Under the pieces are notes generated by a model. That model was not told where the DNA came from. It saw only the letters and a list, made by a program, of their open reading frames with translations, and ran no database searches. From assembly GCA_050011565.1 (NCBI GenBank), contig JBEKIW010000005.1:82698-146697 (forward strand): a DNA stretch of 64,000 nt, given 5' to 3'. The position numbers were made by a program, and so were the translations under genes. This DNA comes from Dehalococcoidia bacterium. Its GTDB lineage: Bacteria > Chloroflexota > Dehalococcoidia > GIF9 > UBA5629. This document shows, piece by piece, positions 10,740-21,280 of this stretch (positions are counted from its first letter, which is position 1; each line of letters opens with the position of its first letter).

Positions 10740-12377
10740 TCACTCCAGAGAAACTACATAGAGGTAATTTGGTTGTCCACCGGAAACCATTTCAACTTGC
10801 TTGTCACCATACTTATTGCGTATTTCGTTAACCACCCGCTCCGCCTGAGGTGCTTCGATATCCGCTCCATAGTACACAGTCACCACTTCTGCTGAACCAA
10901 TGCCCGCTTTACCGAGGGCTTCGAAAAGAACCTCGTCCAGGTTATTATCGGCAGCTACCAAATTTTCGTCGTCAACGATAGCTATAATCTGTCCCTTCTT
11001 TATCTTCAACCCATGTAATTGGGTGCTACGTGCTGCCTCGGTAATTTCCACAGTTTTTACCCCGCTGATAGCCTCATTCATGGCCTGAACGTTTTCTTCC
11101 ATTCCGCCCTCATAATTAAAAGCTATTAGAGCAGCTATCCCTTGAGGCATAGTCTTCGTTGGTATTACCGCTACTTCTTTGTTTGTGAGCTCATGGACTT
11201 GGGATGCAGCCAGAATGATATTCTTGTTATTAGGCAGAAGAATCACTTTCTGCGACGGCACCGATTCCACCGCCCGAAGTATCTCCTGAACACTCGGATT
11301 CATTGTCTGTCCGCCTGAAACTATGACGGCGGCTCCTAAACTCCGGAACACCTCTTTCATACCGCTTCCCATGGCGACAGCTACCACGCCTATATCCAAA
11401 CTCGGCAACCTGTCTTTCTGCATCTCGATAAAGCCAACATGCTGGTCATCCATATTCTGAACCTGTAACTGATGTAAAGTGCCTAAGGAAGTAGCAAACC
11501 TTATAATACCCCCAGGGTCATAAGTATGGATATGAACCCTGATAGTAGCCTCATCACCAACGACGACAATAGATTGACCTTTGTTTTCCAGCTTCTTTCT
11601 TATCTTGTCAGGGTCGAGTTTATTGCCCTGGAGCAAAAAGTTGGTGCAATATCCGTATGGTTCCTCTTTTTCAGTCGACAGCGGAGTCACCTTCGCACCG
11701 ACAGGCATCTCGGCTGCAACCATTTGCGGTCGCCGGTATCTCATTTCCTCAGCGTTCCCTTCTAAGTAACGAAGCACACCCTCCAGCAACACATATATAC
11801 CCTGCCCGCCGGCATCTACAACGCCAGCTTCACGCAACACATCCAGCAAAAGGGGGGTCCTGGCTACCGAATTCCTGGCTTCATTAACCGCAGCCTCCGC
11901 CACTTTAGTTAAGTTATCCGGGTCGGTCCGTGCCGCTTCTTCAGCAGCTTTGGAGGCGTCCTTGACGACTGTCAACATAGTTCCTTCTACCGGCTGTGAC
12001 AGCCCTTTATAAGCCGCGCGCGCAGCTTCCCCCAAGGCTATGGCTAAATCGCTTCCGGTAATCGACTCTTTCTCGTCAAGTCCCTTGGCCAGTCCACGAA
12101 AGAACTGAGATAGAATCACGCCCGAATTTCCCCGGGCGCCCATCAGAGCACCTTGAGCCATTGCCTTGGCTACGGCCGAGACACTGTGGTCTAAGACTCT
12201 ATCAGCTTCTTCCATGACCGACCGCATAGTTAGGAACATGTTAGTCCCGGTATCACCATCAGGCACGGGAAAAACGTTTATGGCATTAATATCCGGAACG
12301 GTTTTCTCCAACCAGCTGCTGCCGGCGGCAAACATATCTTTGAACTCTTGACCGCCACAGGAAAGAACTTGCTTCAT
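10740..12377 (-). CDS. fakA: DAK2-domain fatty acid kinase subunit A (YloV/FakA)
   Basis: INVFPVPDGDTGTNM, GARGNSGVILSQ and GGQTMNPS; ATG at 12377 has an AAGGAG RBS; adjacent to recG and rpmB as usual. Confidence 0.9.
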   Translation of the reverse strand: MKQVLSCGGQEFKDMFAAGSSWLEKTVPDINAINVFPVPDGDTGTNMFLTMRSVMEEADRVLDHSVSAVAKAMAQGALMGARGNSGVILSQFFRGLAKGLDEKESITGSDLAIALGEAARAAYKGLSQPVEGTMLTVVKDASKAAEEAARTDPDNLTKVAEAAVNEARNSVARTPLLLDVLREAGVVDAGGQGIYVLLEGVLRYLEGNAEEMRYRRPQMVAAEMPVGAKVTPLSTEKEEPYGYCTNFLLQGNKLDPDKIRKKLENKGQSIVVVGDEATIRVHIHTYDPGGIIRFATSLGTLHQLQVQNMDDQHVGFIEMQKDRLPSLDIGVVAVAMGSGMKEVFRSLGAAVIVSGGQTMNPSVQEILRAVESVPSQKVILLPNNKNIILAASQVHELTNKEVAVIPTKTMPQGIAALIAFNYEGGMEENVQAMNEAISGVKTVEITEAARSTQLHGLKIKKGQIIAIVDDENLVAADNNLDEVLFEALGKAGIGSAEVVTVYYGADIEAPQAERVVNEIRNKYGDKQVEMVSGGQPNYLYVVSLE

Positions 12378-12460
12378 CCGTCTCCTTTTTACAATCCCGC
12401 AATTGTGGTATAATTTTACTCCTGTTGTCAAGACCGACTTAGGGAAAAGGAGTTAGCGAT

Positions 12461-12649
12461 TTGGCTACAAAATGCGATATCTGTGGCAAAACGGCACACT
12501 TCGGCCATAGGGTAAGCCATTCGAAGCAGCATACCAGGCGGCGCTGGTTGCCTAATATCCAGCGGGCCACGATTCTTCTTGATGGGAAACCAAAACAACT
12601 TAATTTGTGTACCCAATGCCTGCGCACTCAACATAAGTTAGCCCATTAG
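12461..12649 (+). CDS. rpmB: 50S ribosomal protein L28
   Basis: CDICGK...GHRVSHS...TRRRWLPNIQ...CTQCLR; AAGGAG RBS. Confidence 0.96.
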   Translation: MATKCDICGKTAHFGHRVSHSKQHTRRRWLPNIQRATILLDGKPKQLNLCTQCLRTQHKLAH

Positions 12650-13315
12650 ACTAAGCGCTCTCCTCATCTCTTGCAGAGCCTTAGCAGCCCCTAGCTTAGA
12701 GCTAAAAATCGCGGCTCCGGCAACCAAAACCTCGGCTCCCGCTTTGGCTACTTCCGGTGCTAAAAGCGCCGTAATACCACCGTCCACTTCAAGCTCGGCA
12801 TGCGCCTGCCTTTCATCTAATATCCGGCGTAACCGGACTATCTTGTCCTTCATACTATCTATAAAAGCCTGACCGCCGAAGCCAGGATTGACAGTCATAA
12901 CCAGTACCAGGTCAAGCAGAGGCAATACTTCATCTAACGAACTTAGATGGGTCGCTGGATTAAGCGCCACTCCAGCTCTGACTCCTAAATCTTTTATTGA
13001 CTCGACCAGGCGATGCAAATGTGTAGCAGCTTCAACATGTACGGTGATAATGCTGGCTCCGGCTTCAGCGAACTGACGGATATGAGCCTCAGGCTGCTCA
13101 ATCATCAAATGTACGTCCAGCGGCAAATTGGTCCGGGAACGAAGCGACGCTACCACGGGAGCACCGATTGTAATGTTGGGCACAAAATGCCCATCCATGA
13201 CATCAACGTGAATGTAGTCAGCTCCGGCTTTAGCTACTTCATTGACTTGTTCACCCAGACGGCTGAAATCAGCGGAAAGTATAGACGGCGCCAGCTTAAT
13301 TCGCCTATTTTGCAT
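12638..13315 (-). CDS. rpe: ribulose-phosphate 3-epimerase
   Basis: APSILSADF, HVDVMDGHFVPN, MTVNPGFGGQ and EVDGG. Confidence 0.97.
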   Translation of the reverse strand: MQNRRIKLAPSILSADFSRLGEQVNEVAKAGADYIHVDVMDGHFVPNITIGAPVVASLRSRTNLPLDVHLMIEQPEAHIRQFAEAGASIITVHVEAATHLHRLVESIKDLGVRAGVALNPATHLSSLDEVLPLLDLVLVMTVNPGFGGQAFIDSMKDKIVRLRRILDERQAHAELEVDGGITALLAPEVAKAGAEVLVAGAAIFSSKLGAAKALQEMRRALSLMG

Positions 13316-14708
13316 TAATCTTACCGGTAAGCCTTCTAGCTTTAGTCAAGGCAGCCAGTACCTGCTCCGGCGCCGTGCCACCAACAACATTGCGAGCCGC
13401 AACCGAAGTATTCAAAGTAATGCTATATACATCGCCGGCAAAAAGAGGCGAGAATTTTCGATATTCGCTAAGGCTCAGTTCCTGGAAGCTCTTACTTTTG
13501 CCGATTGCATATTGCACCAGCTCGCCTACAATTTTGTGCGCCTCTCGGAAAGGCAGCCCCTTATTCACCAGATAGTCCGCCACATCGGTAGCCAGCAAAT
13601 AGCTGCCCGACATTACCTGCCGCATCCGGTCGGCATTGATTTTCATTCCCTTTATCAATCCCGCAAAAACTCCTAAAGTTGTTAGAAGTTTATCCACGGT
13701 GTCAAAAAGTCCCTCTTTGTCTTCCTGCATATCGCGGTTGTAAGCCAGCGGTAGCCCCTTCATCACCGTCAACAGGCCGAGCAGATTTCCGTAAACTGTG
13801 CCTGTCTTACCTCTGGCCAGCTCTACCACGTCAGGGTTCTTTTTCTGAGGCATGATGCTGCTGCTCGTCGCATAGGCGTCATCAAGCTCTACAAAGCTGA
13901 ACTCTTCCGAAGACCAGAGCACTATCTCTTCCGCTAACCGCGATATATGCATCATGGTAATGGCAGCGGCAGCTTCATATTCAATGACAAAATCCCGGTC
14001 AGATACAGCATCGAGGCTATTTCTGCTTAATTCGCTGAATTCCAGCTTCTTAGCTACAAAGTCGCGGTCGATAGAGTAACCTACTCCAGCCAGAGCGCCG
14101 CTGCCCAACGGCAGTACATCGGTACGCTTCAAGCAGTCCTGGAATCTCGTCACATCCCGTTGCAGCATCTCGAAATAAGCCAGGATATGGTGGGCAAAAA
14201 GGACAGGCTGGGCCTGTTGCAGGTGAGTGTATCCGGGCATAATCGCAGATTTGTTTGCCTCAGCCAAATCCAGTAGTGCCAACTGGAAACCTTTTAGTTT
14301 GCTAACAGTTTCCGAAATAGCTTCCTTGACGAAAAGGCGCAAGTCCAGGGCTACTTGGTCGTTTCTGGAACGGGCAGTATGCAGCTTGCCGGCCACGTCG
14401 CCTATTTTTTCAAACAGCCGGCTCTCAATATTCATGTGTATATCTTCGAGTTCGAGCTTAAATTCCAGTTTACCCTGTTCTATCTCCTCCCGGATGGAGA
14501 CAAGACCCTTAACAATAAGCTCAGCGTCTTTCTTCGATATCAGGCCCTGATTGGCCAGCATCTGGGCATGCGCCATGCTCCCGGCGATGTCATGTTTATA
14601 CAATCGCCAGTCAAAGGGGATGGATGCAACATATTTTTCTACGCTTTTATCGACGCCCTTCTTAAAGCGACTGCGTAAGTGACCTTTAACCTCGTCTTTT
14701 TTAGCCAT
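13305..14708 (-). CDS. argH: argininosuccinate lyase
   Basis: EDIHMNIE, HTARSRNDQV and SSIMPQKKNPD. Confidence 0.97.
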   Translation of the reverse strand: MAKKDEVKGHLRSRFKKGVDKSVEKYVASIPFDWRLYKHDIAGSMAHAQMLANQGLISKKDAELIVKGLVSIREEIEQGKLEFKLELEDIHMNIESRLFEKIGDVAGKLHTARSRNDQVALDLRLFVKEAISETVSKLKGFQLALLDLAEANKSAIMPGYTHLQQAQPVLFAHHILAYFEMLQRDVTRFQDCLKRTDVLPLGSGALAGVGYSIDRDFVAKKLEFSELSRNSLDAVSDRDFVIEYEAAAAITMMHISRLAEEIVLWSSEEFSFVELDDAYATSSSIMPQKKNPDVVELARGKTGTVYGNLLGLLTVMKGLPLAYNRDMQEDKEGLFDTVDKLLTTLGVFAGLIKGMKINADRMRQVMSGSYLLATDVADYLVNKGLPFREAHKIVGELVQYAIGKSKSFQELSLSEYRKFSPLFAGDVYSITLNTSVAARNVVGGTAPEQVLAALTKARRLTGKINAK

Positions 14709-14726
14709 CTATTTTTCTCGAATATC

Positions 14727-15950
14727 TCAAGCTTTCTTTTTGGGTTTCTTCTCTGCACCCTCGCCCTGAACTCTTGCCTGCACCTTGGTTGGCAGTCCGA
14801 AGATGTGAATGAAGCCAAGTGAAGCGCTCTGGTCGAAAACATCACCTTTGTCGTAAGTGGCCAGGCCATAGTCATATAAAGAGACCGGAGATTTCCTGCC
14901 TACTACAATACAGTTCCCTTTATAGAGTTTGACTCTTATAGTGCCGGTTACGTGTTTTTGAGCGCGGTCCACATATGCCGCCAGGTCCCGGCGCAACTGC
15001 GTAAACCACAGGCCGTTATAAATGATATCCGCATACTCACTGGAAACTTTCTCATTGAAACGGAGCTGCTGGTGAGATAAGGTCATAGCTTCCATGGCTT
15101 GATGAGCTTTCAGCAGAACCATAGCTGCCGGGGACTCATAGATTTCCCTCGACTTTATGCCTACCAGTCTGCTTTCCACATGGTCGACTCTACCTACGCC
15201 GTGTTTACCGGCTAATTGATTAAGCTGCTGAATAAGAGCCACGCCATCCAACTTTTTGCCATTAAGGCTTACCGGTATTCCTTCCTCGAAACCGATCTCT
15301 ACATATTCAGGCTTATCAGGAGCTGCCGCCGGTGATTTAGTCCAGGCGAAAACCTCCTCCGGCGGCTCAACCCAGGGATCCTCCAGCACGCCGCATTCTA
15401 TACTCCTGCCCCATAGATTCTCATCTATCGAGTACGGACTGGCTGCCTTAACAGGTATAGGGATGCCATACTTTTCAGCGTAGGCAATGGTCTCTTCTCG
15501 AGTCATACCCCACTCCCGCGCCGGTGCTATAATTTTTAGTTTTGGGGCCAGCGCCGCTACACTTACATCGAAGCGGACCTGGTCATTACCCTTACCCGTC
15601 GAGCCGTGAGCTACGGCAACAGCGCCCTCTTTTATAGCGGTATCCACCAGCAATTTTGTTATCAATGGCCGACCGAGCGCCGTAGCCAAAGGGTACTGTT
15701 TCTCATAAATGGCATTGGCTTTGAGAGCCGGGAAGACAAAGGAATCGACAAAAAGTTTTTTAGCATCAATTGTTAATGCCTTAACAGCTCCTATCTTCAT
15801 CGCCTTTCTTTGGATGGCCGGCAACTCACCAACGCCGCCTATGTCTGCGGTAAGCGCAATTACTCCCATGTTGTATTTATCCGCCAGCCACTTTATGGCT
15901 GCCGAAGTATCAAGGCCTCCGCTATAGGCCAGTACTACCTTTTCTGCCAT
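14727..15950 (-). CDS. argG: argininosuccinate synthase
   Basis: LAYSGGLDTS, HGSTGKGNDQVRF and SIDENLWG. Confidence 0.97.
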   Translation of the reverse strand: MAEKVVLAYSGGLDTSAAIKWLADKYNMGVIALTADIGGVGELPAIQRKAMKIGAVKALTIDAKKLFVDSFVFPALKANAIYEKQYPLATALGRPLITKLLVDTAIKEGAVAVAHGSTGKGNDQVRFDVSVAALAPKLKIIAPAREWGMTREETIAYAEKYGIPIPVKAASPYSIDENLWGRSIECGVLEDPWVEPPEEVFAWTKSPAAAPDKPEYVEIGFEEGIPVSLNGKKLDGVALIQQLNQLAGKHGVGRVDHVESRLVGIKSREIYESPAAMVLLKAHQAMEAMTLSHQQLRFNEKVSSEYADIIYNGLWFTQLRRDLAAYVDRAQKHVTGTIRVKLYKGNCIVVGRKSPVSLYDYGLATYDKGDVFDQSASLGFIHIFGLPTKVQARVQGEGAEKKPKKKA

Positions 15951-15952
15951 TC

Positions 15953-17137
15953 TTATAACCTCCGGACTAAAACTTTTTCCAGAATTCGCAACGCCTCGTC
16001 GACATCTTTCTCAGTAATGATGAGCGGCGGCATAAACCGCAAGGCATTCGGCTTGACCGCATTAACCAGCAAACCTTCTTTCAAACACTCCATCACTACA
16101 TCTTGTGCTATATTATCGGTGAAGTTGAAAGCTAATAGCAGCCCACGACCTCTTATATCAGTTATGAAATTGAATTTGGCTTTCAGCGTTTCCAGGCCGG
16201 CTATAAAATACTGCCCCAGCTTTTTAACCTTGTCCGGTATGTTATTATCGATGATAAATTTCAAGGTTGCCGTTCCAGCCGCACAGACTAAGGGATTGCC
16301 GCCGAAAGTAGAGCCATGTTCCCCGGGGGCAAAGACCGAAGCCCGTTCCTTGGCCAGAAAAACCCCGATGGGCACGCCGCCACCTAACCCCTTGGCTAGT
16401 GTCATTATATCCGGTTCAACACCATATTGCTCGTAGCCGAACAGGCTGCCTATCCGGCCAATCCCGGTTTGAATCTCATCCAGAATAAACAAAATGCCTT
16501 TTTCATCGCACCAGTCTCGAATCTCCTTAAGATATTCATCATGCGGTACATTAACGCCACCCTCGCCCTGAATGGGCTCCACCATCACAGCACAGGTTCG
16601 ACCGGTGGTCGCCGCTTTAATGGCCTTGATGCTATCGTAATCTACATTGACAAAACCGTCAGGGAGCGGAATGTAAGGTTGCTGGAATTTGTCCTGCCCC
16701 GTGGCTGCCACCGTGGCTAACGTCCTGCCGTGAAAAGAGCCATGGGTGGTTATGATTTCGTAAGCTCCATCCAGGTGCAGCTTTCCATAGCGGCGTGCCA
16801 GCTTCATAGCCCCTTCGACAGCCTCAGCACCGCTATTGCAAAAGAAGATCCGGTCAAGGCAGCTATTATCAATCAACAATTTAGCCAGTTGTACTTGAGG
16901 AATAGTGTAGAACTGGTTCGATACCTGTATCAGATTATTGGCTTGTTCTGTCAGCGCCTTGACGACCACAGGATGGCAGTGTCCCAAACTGTTGACCGCC
17001 CATCCGCCGACAAAATCAAGGTACTCCTTGCCCTCGATATCCCAAACTCGAGCTCCCTTACCACGAACCAGAGTAATGGGCAACCGATTGATTGTCCGCA
17101 TAAATAATTTCTGTTCTAATTCTTGCCAGTTTTCCAT
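15953..17137 (-). CDS. argD: acetylornithine aminotransferase
   Basis: NSGAEAVE, SFHGRT, EPIQGEGG, DEIQTG and TLAKGLGGG; arg operon context. Confidence 0.94.
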   Translation of the reverse strand: MENWQELEQKLFMRTINRLPITLVRGKGARVWDIEGKEYLDFVGGWAVNSLGHCHPVVVKALTEQANNLIQVSNQFYTIPQVQLAKLLIDNSCLDRIFFCNSGAEAVEGAMKLARRYGKLHLDGAYEIITTHGSFHGRTLATVAATGQDKFQQPYIPLPDGFVNVDYDSIKAIKAATTGRTCAVMVEPIQGEGGVNVPHDEYLKEIRDWCDEKGILFILDEIQTGIGRIGSLFGYEQYGVEPDIMTLAKGLGGGVPIGVFLAKERASVFAPGEHGSTFGGNPLVCAAGTATLKFIIDNNIPDKVKKLGQYFIAGLETLKAKFNFITDIRGRGLLLAFNFTDNIAQDVVMECLKEGLLVNAVKPNALRFMPPLIITEKDVDEALRILEKVLVRRL

Positions 17138-17138
17138 T

Positions 17139-17918
17139 TTACCAGCCTATCGTAGTACCATCGCCTTTGCCCTCAAACTCATCAAGCAAAGCATGAGGTA
17201 CTCTACCGTCAATAATTCGGGTCATGGGCACCTTGGTCATGGCCAGGAGGCAAGCCTCAATCTTGGCCACCATGCCTCCGGAAGCCACGCCGTAGTCAAT
17301 CAATTCCCTGGCATCCTGCGGGTTTAATGTCCGGATGAGTTTCTTGGAATTATCGTAGAGACCCGGGACATCGGTAAGAAAAATAAGCTTCTCCACCTTC
17401 AGAGCAGCGGCAATCTCACCGGCAGCAGTATCACCGTTAACATTTAGCAAATTCGTATCCGTGTCCGAGCCTTCCAGCAAGCCGAGGCTTACCGGCGCTA
17501 TTACCGGTATATATCCAGCCTTAATTAATATCTCTATGACAGCCACGTTAACTTTTAATTCCTCTCCGGTATATCCCAGCTCCGGCCTTTTGTTTTTCGC
17601 CAAAATTAGGCCGCCGTCAACACCGCTCAGGCCCACTGCCCTGCCACCCTGGCGCCATATAGCCGAGACCAGTTCTTTGTTGACCAGTCCGGCCAGCACC
17701 GCCGTAACTACCTTCAATGTCTCCAAGTCGGTAATCCTCAACCCCCGAACAAAGCTGGTCTCTATGCCTAATCTCCCCAGCCATGTGGAAACCACATTGG
17801 CACCGCCATGGACTACCACCAGCGGTACGCCTCTTTTTTGAAGCGCCACCAAATCTTCAATGGTGGTGTCGGCACTGCCCAAAGTACTACCGCCAATTTT
17901 AATAGCTATAGGATTCAT
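17139..17918 (-). CDS. argB: acetylglutamate kinase
   Basis: KIGGS, VHGGA, GLRITD, NVNGDTAA and GGMVAK. Confidence 0.95.
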   Translation of the reverse strand: MNPIAIKIGGSTLGSADTTIEDLVALQKRGVPLVVVHGGANVVSTWLGRLGIETSFVRGLRITDLETLKVVTAVLAGLVNKELVSAIWRQGGRAVGLSGVDGGLILAKNKRPELGYTGEELKVNVAVIEILIKAGYIPVIAPVSLGLLEGSDTDTNLLNVNGDTAAGEIAAALKVEKLIFLTDVPGLYDNSKKLIRTLNPQDARELIDYGVASGGMVAKIEACLLAMTKVPMTRIIDGRVPHALLDEFEGKGDGTTIGW

Positions 17919-17941
17919 TGGTTTTTATCTCGCAGCCCCGT

Positions 17942-19147
17942 TTAACTCGTGTAAGCGCTATTTATAGTAACATATTCCTCAGATAGGTCGCACCCCCAGG
18001 CTACAGCTTTGCCCCGGCCGAGATTGAGGCATAATCTAACCGATACTTCCTTATCGGCTAAACCGGTGCGCATCTCCTTCTCATCAAAGGCTACCGGTGA
18101 GCCATACTTCATAACACAGACGCCATTCAAATAAACTTCCAGCTTTCTCTCATTCACTTTGGCTCCACTCCGACCCAGCGCCGCCACAATGCGTCCCCAG
18201 TTAGGGTCATTGCCGTACATAGCCGCCTTGAACAGCGGCGAGCTGGCAATGGTGCGGGCCGCCAGGCGAGCTTGCGCTTCATTTAATGCGCTTTCAACAA
18301 CAACCTCTATTAGCTTGGTGGCACCTTCGCCATCTCGAGCTATACACTTAGCCAGATAAAGACAGACCTCGCCCAGGGCTTTTTGGAAGAGTTCTCCATT
18401 GCTTTGTTTAATAGTCGCCGTGCCAGCTACTCCGTTGGCTAAAATCACCACCGTATCGCTCGGGCTGGTATCTCCATCGATAGTAACCATATTAAAAGAA
18501 TTAGCTACTGCTTTTCGTAGTGCGGACTGGAGGAAATGAGCATCCACCGTAGCATCAGTAGTCAAAAAGACAAGCAGTGTGGCCATGTTGGGATGTATCA
18601 TCCCCGCCCCCTTGGCCACGCCACCGATAGTAAATCGTCCCATTTTCGATTCAACAGCTACTGCTATCTCTTTTGCGAATGTATCAGTGGTCATCATCGC
18701 CTGGGCCAGCTTATGCCCTCCGTCCTTTGTCGGAACAATCCGGCTAATGCCATCTCGAATTTGGTCCATGGGCAAAGGCACCCCAATGACACCGGTGCTG
18801 GCGACTAACACATTCTTTGTCGGTAGCTCTAGCTTGTCGGCGGCCAACCCGGTCATCTCGACAGCATCCGCCATCCCCGAATCACCGGTGCAAGCATTGG
18901 CACAGCCCGAATTAACCACAATCGCCTGGGCTTTCCGGCCTTTCAGATGCTTCTGTGACAGGATTACCGGCGCTGACTTGATTAAATTTGCGGTAAAAAC
19001 GCCAGCAGCAACACACGGCTTCTCGGAGCACAAAATAGCCAAGTCAAGTTTATCAGGGCCTTTTATACTTGCTTCGACTGCTCCGGCCAGGAAGCCTTGA
19101 GGAGAGGTAACAGTACCTGACGTAATAGCTTTAAATCCAGCCCCCAT
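17942..19147 (-). CDS. argJ: bifunctional ornithine acetyltransferase
   Basis: NSGCANACTG, STGVIG, KGAGMIHPNMATLL (autocleavage Thr) and DGEGATK. Confidence 0.97.
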   Translation of the reverse strand: MGAGFKAITSGTVTSPQGFLAGAVEASIKGPDKLDLAILCSEKPCVAAGVFTANLIKSAPVILSQKHLKGRKAQAIVVNSGCANACTGDSGMADAVEMTGLAADKLELPTKNVLVASTGVIGVPLPMDQIRDGISRIVPTKDGGHKLAQAMMTTDTFAKEIAVAVESKMGRFTIGGVAKGAGMIHPNMATLLVFLTTDATVDAHFLQSALRKAVANSFNMVTIDGDTSPSDTVVILANGVAGTATIKQSNGELFQKALGEVCLYLAKCIARDGEGATKLIEVVVESALNEAQARLAARTIASSPLFKAAMYGNDPNWGRIVAALGRSGAKVNERKLEVYLNGVCVMKYGSPVAFDEKEMRTGLADKEVSVRLCLNLGRGKAVAWGCDLSEEYVTINSAYTS

Positions 19148-19277
19148 AAATGAGGGAATTATAATAGCACTTTTTGTCGTATATGGCTAGCTTTAATTAC
19201 TTTCCAGTATAGACAAGATCCGAAACTATGCCGCAGATATGTATTTTTTGTAGTAACTACTACGGCCTGGTTAAATA

Positions 19278-20075
19278 CTATTTTCCTTTTATAGCTTCCC
19301 AGACGAGCTCCGGCAGCATTTGCACTACCAGTCCTGCTTTCTCCCCCAGCTTGGCTTTCAGGCTGTAATAGCAGCCAGTACAGATATTTACTACCGAATT
19401 ACTCTTTATGGCATCTATGATTTGTTCCATATGCGGCGGTATGTTGCAGCATAGTTTGTCGTCAATATAATTTACTTCAAGTCCCTTTATTTTCTTCAGA
19501 ATGCGCACTGCCGGTTCAACATCGATCGGTTTATCTGTTATACGACGACGAAAACGGTAGCAACCTGCATAATAATCGATTTTTCTTTCCAGCTTGCCCC
19601 CTTTGAAATAGCGGTCTATGAGTTCGTGGTAGGGAATTACTTCCAGTTTAGTTAAATCTTTGTAGTTGGTGTAATTGGGTTCGCAAGCACCGCAGAAGAG
19701 TACTATCGATTTGGCTCCCAGTTCCTTGGCCTGTTTAAAATTCTCGACTATAAATTCTTTGGAAATTTCTTTAAACCTGGCTATATCTTCCTCATTTTTA
19801 GCTATAACCGCCGGCTGACCGATGGGCATCCAGCCACAGCAGTACTCTTTATTTAGCAGCGTATAATTTATTTTGAAACGGTCTAACAAGTTCTTAAAAG
19901 CATGAAACACGTGTGGCATGCCCTCAGCTTGAAAGCATCCTGTAATAATCACGTTCTCTGCTTTTTTACCTATGGGAAATCCTAGCTCCTCGACGAGTAT
20001 TTGTCTTTTCCTTTCGCCGGTCCCAACAGCCATACCGTATTTCCTTATGTTTTCAATCGATTTTTCATCAACCAT
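19278..20075 (-). CDS. stand-alone CCG-domain (HdrB/GlpC-like) iron-sulfur protein
   Basis: Two Cys-rich repeats (TGC...CCG...CGAC and AGC...CC...CTGC); no ferredoxin domain. Confidence 0.75.
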   Translation of the reverse strand: MVDEKSIENIRKYGMAVGTGERKRQILVEELGFPIGKKAENVIITGCFQAEGMPHVFHAFKNLLDRFKINYTLLNKEYCCGWMPIGQPAVIAKNEEDIARFKEISKEFIVENFKQAKELGAKSIVLFCGACEPNYTNYKDLTKLEVIPYHELIDRYFKGGKLERKIDYYAGCYRFRRRITDKPIDVEPAVRILKKIKGLEVNYIDDKLCCNIPPHMEQIIDAIKSNSVVNICTGCYYSLKAKLGEKAGLVVQMLPELVWEAIKGK

Positions 20076-20164
20076 TGTGCTCTGCTTTCCTATTGTCTTT
20101 TGGTAAAACGACTCCCAATCATTATACTTGAATCTTCCCAGAAATCGACAGCTCGGCTCATGCC

Positions 20165-20668
20165 CTATTTACTAAAATTAAAACTGATATCCCTGAAACA
20201 TTTTCCATCGGTGTGCATCATGCAACCGTCCACCCGGGGACAAACGCTGTATTCTAATCCCAGGCCGTCGAACCAGGCATAGATTCGTTCCATAATTCCG
20301 CATTGGTATTGGTCAATGACACCAATCTGCTTGATTCCATTGTAGGCGAAACAATTCTTCCACTCACCATGAAGGATGTTTTCTGAAGGGAAGCTGTAGG
20401 TGAAGTCCATAAAATCACCTGTGAGTATGTGAAAAGCTGCGTCTATCAGTGGCTTAAGCTCTTCAAATGTTTCCACCTTACCCATGCCTACGGCTTTTTG
20501 AATTCTTTGGATTTCTATTATTCCCATGGCCCTAACAGCAGCTTTATTTATCTTGTTCGTCCGCTCAATGCCGCATTCCTGCAAGCAGTGATAGAACCAC
20601 ATGGCATCATGCGTCATCCAGTTCTTAATCAAGATTTCCTTTAATTCACTCTTCTTCAGTGACTTCAT
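20165..20668 (-). CDS. conserved hypothetical protein (DUF6125-like)
   Basis: KNWMTHDAMWF and spaced Cys residues; family recalled from memory, not searched. Confidence 0.65.
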   Translation of the reverse strand: MKSLKKSELKEILIKNWMTHDAMWFYHCLQECGIERTNKINKAAVRAMGIIEIQRIQKAVGMGKVETFEELKPLIDAAFHILTGDFMDFTYSFPSENILHGEWKNCFAYNGIKQIGVIDQYQCGIMERIYAWFDGLGLEYSVCPRVDGCMMHTDGKCFRDISFNFSK

Positions 20669-20709
20669 GTCACATATCCCCCTATCTGTGGCCAGTCAAG
20701 GGTTTAAAT

Positions 20710-21141
20710 TTATTCTTTTTTACGTTCTTCTACCCTTAATTCCACCATGATATGCCCCCAGCCGCCGCAGTTGACACCAACATCACCACAGCCTGTCCGC
20801 TTGAACCGCATCTCGTTGGGGTCGACACCGGCATAGAAGAGCTCACTCGCTGTATAAATCAGCGGTGCCATCGAATATAAAGCTGAGAAACAAATTCTTT
20901 TGGGACAGATTTTGGTCATAAGATTACCGGAACCATCAAAGTAGAATTTCTCACCCACCTTATGCTGACTATTACACCCATGTGACTCTACGACTTCGAC
21001 AACAATCGTCTTATTCATCAATTCGGGTGCCTTGGAAATAACATCCGCATTTCTGGGATTTTCTCTGAACTTCTTCATTTCCTCGTCGCTGTAACCCAGA
21101 TGCTGCTGGAAGAACTTCCACACATCTTCGCTGATTTTCAT
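20710..21141 (-). CDS. small Cys-rich hypothetical protein
   Basis: EVVESHGCNSQHKVGEKF...RIC...GCGDVGVNCGGWG; AGGAGG RBS. Confidence 0.8.
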   Translation of the reverse strand: MKISEDVWKFFQQHLGYSDEEMKKFRENPRNADVISKAPELMNKTIVVEVVESHGCNSQHKVGEKFYFDGSGNLMTKICPKRICFSALYSMAPLIYTASELFYAGVDPNEMRFKRTGCGDVGVNCGGWGHIMVELRVEERKKE

Positions 21142-21158
21142 TTCTGTTCCCTCCTTTT

Positions 21159-21233
21159 ATAACGATTTGTTATGCCGATAATAACAAGGCATGGCAGACT
21201 TGTCAATAGGAAATATAACAATATGTTATATTT
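21159..21233 (-). promoter_or_regulatory. sigma70 promoter flanked by ATAAC-N5-GTTAT operators
   Basis: Minus-strand TTGACA (21206-21201), 17 bp spacer, TATTAT (21183-21178); palindromes at 21159-21173 and 21211-21233. Confidence 0.72.
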
Positions 21234-21280
21234 GTTATTAATTTTTAGCTGATTATTACAAATTGTGATAAAATTCAACC

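Noticed and set aside
13305-19147. Missing argC/argF as a sign of an unusual arginine pathway
   Set aside because: These genes are often located elsewhere; absence from one window is uninformative.
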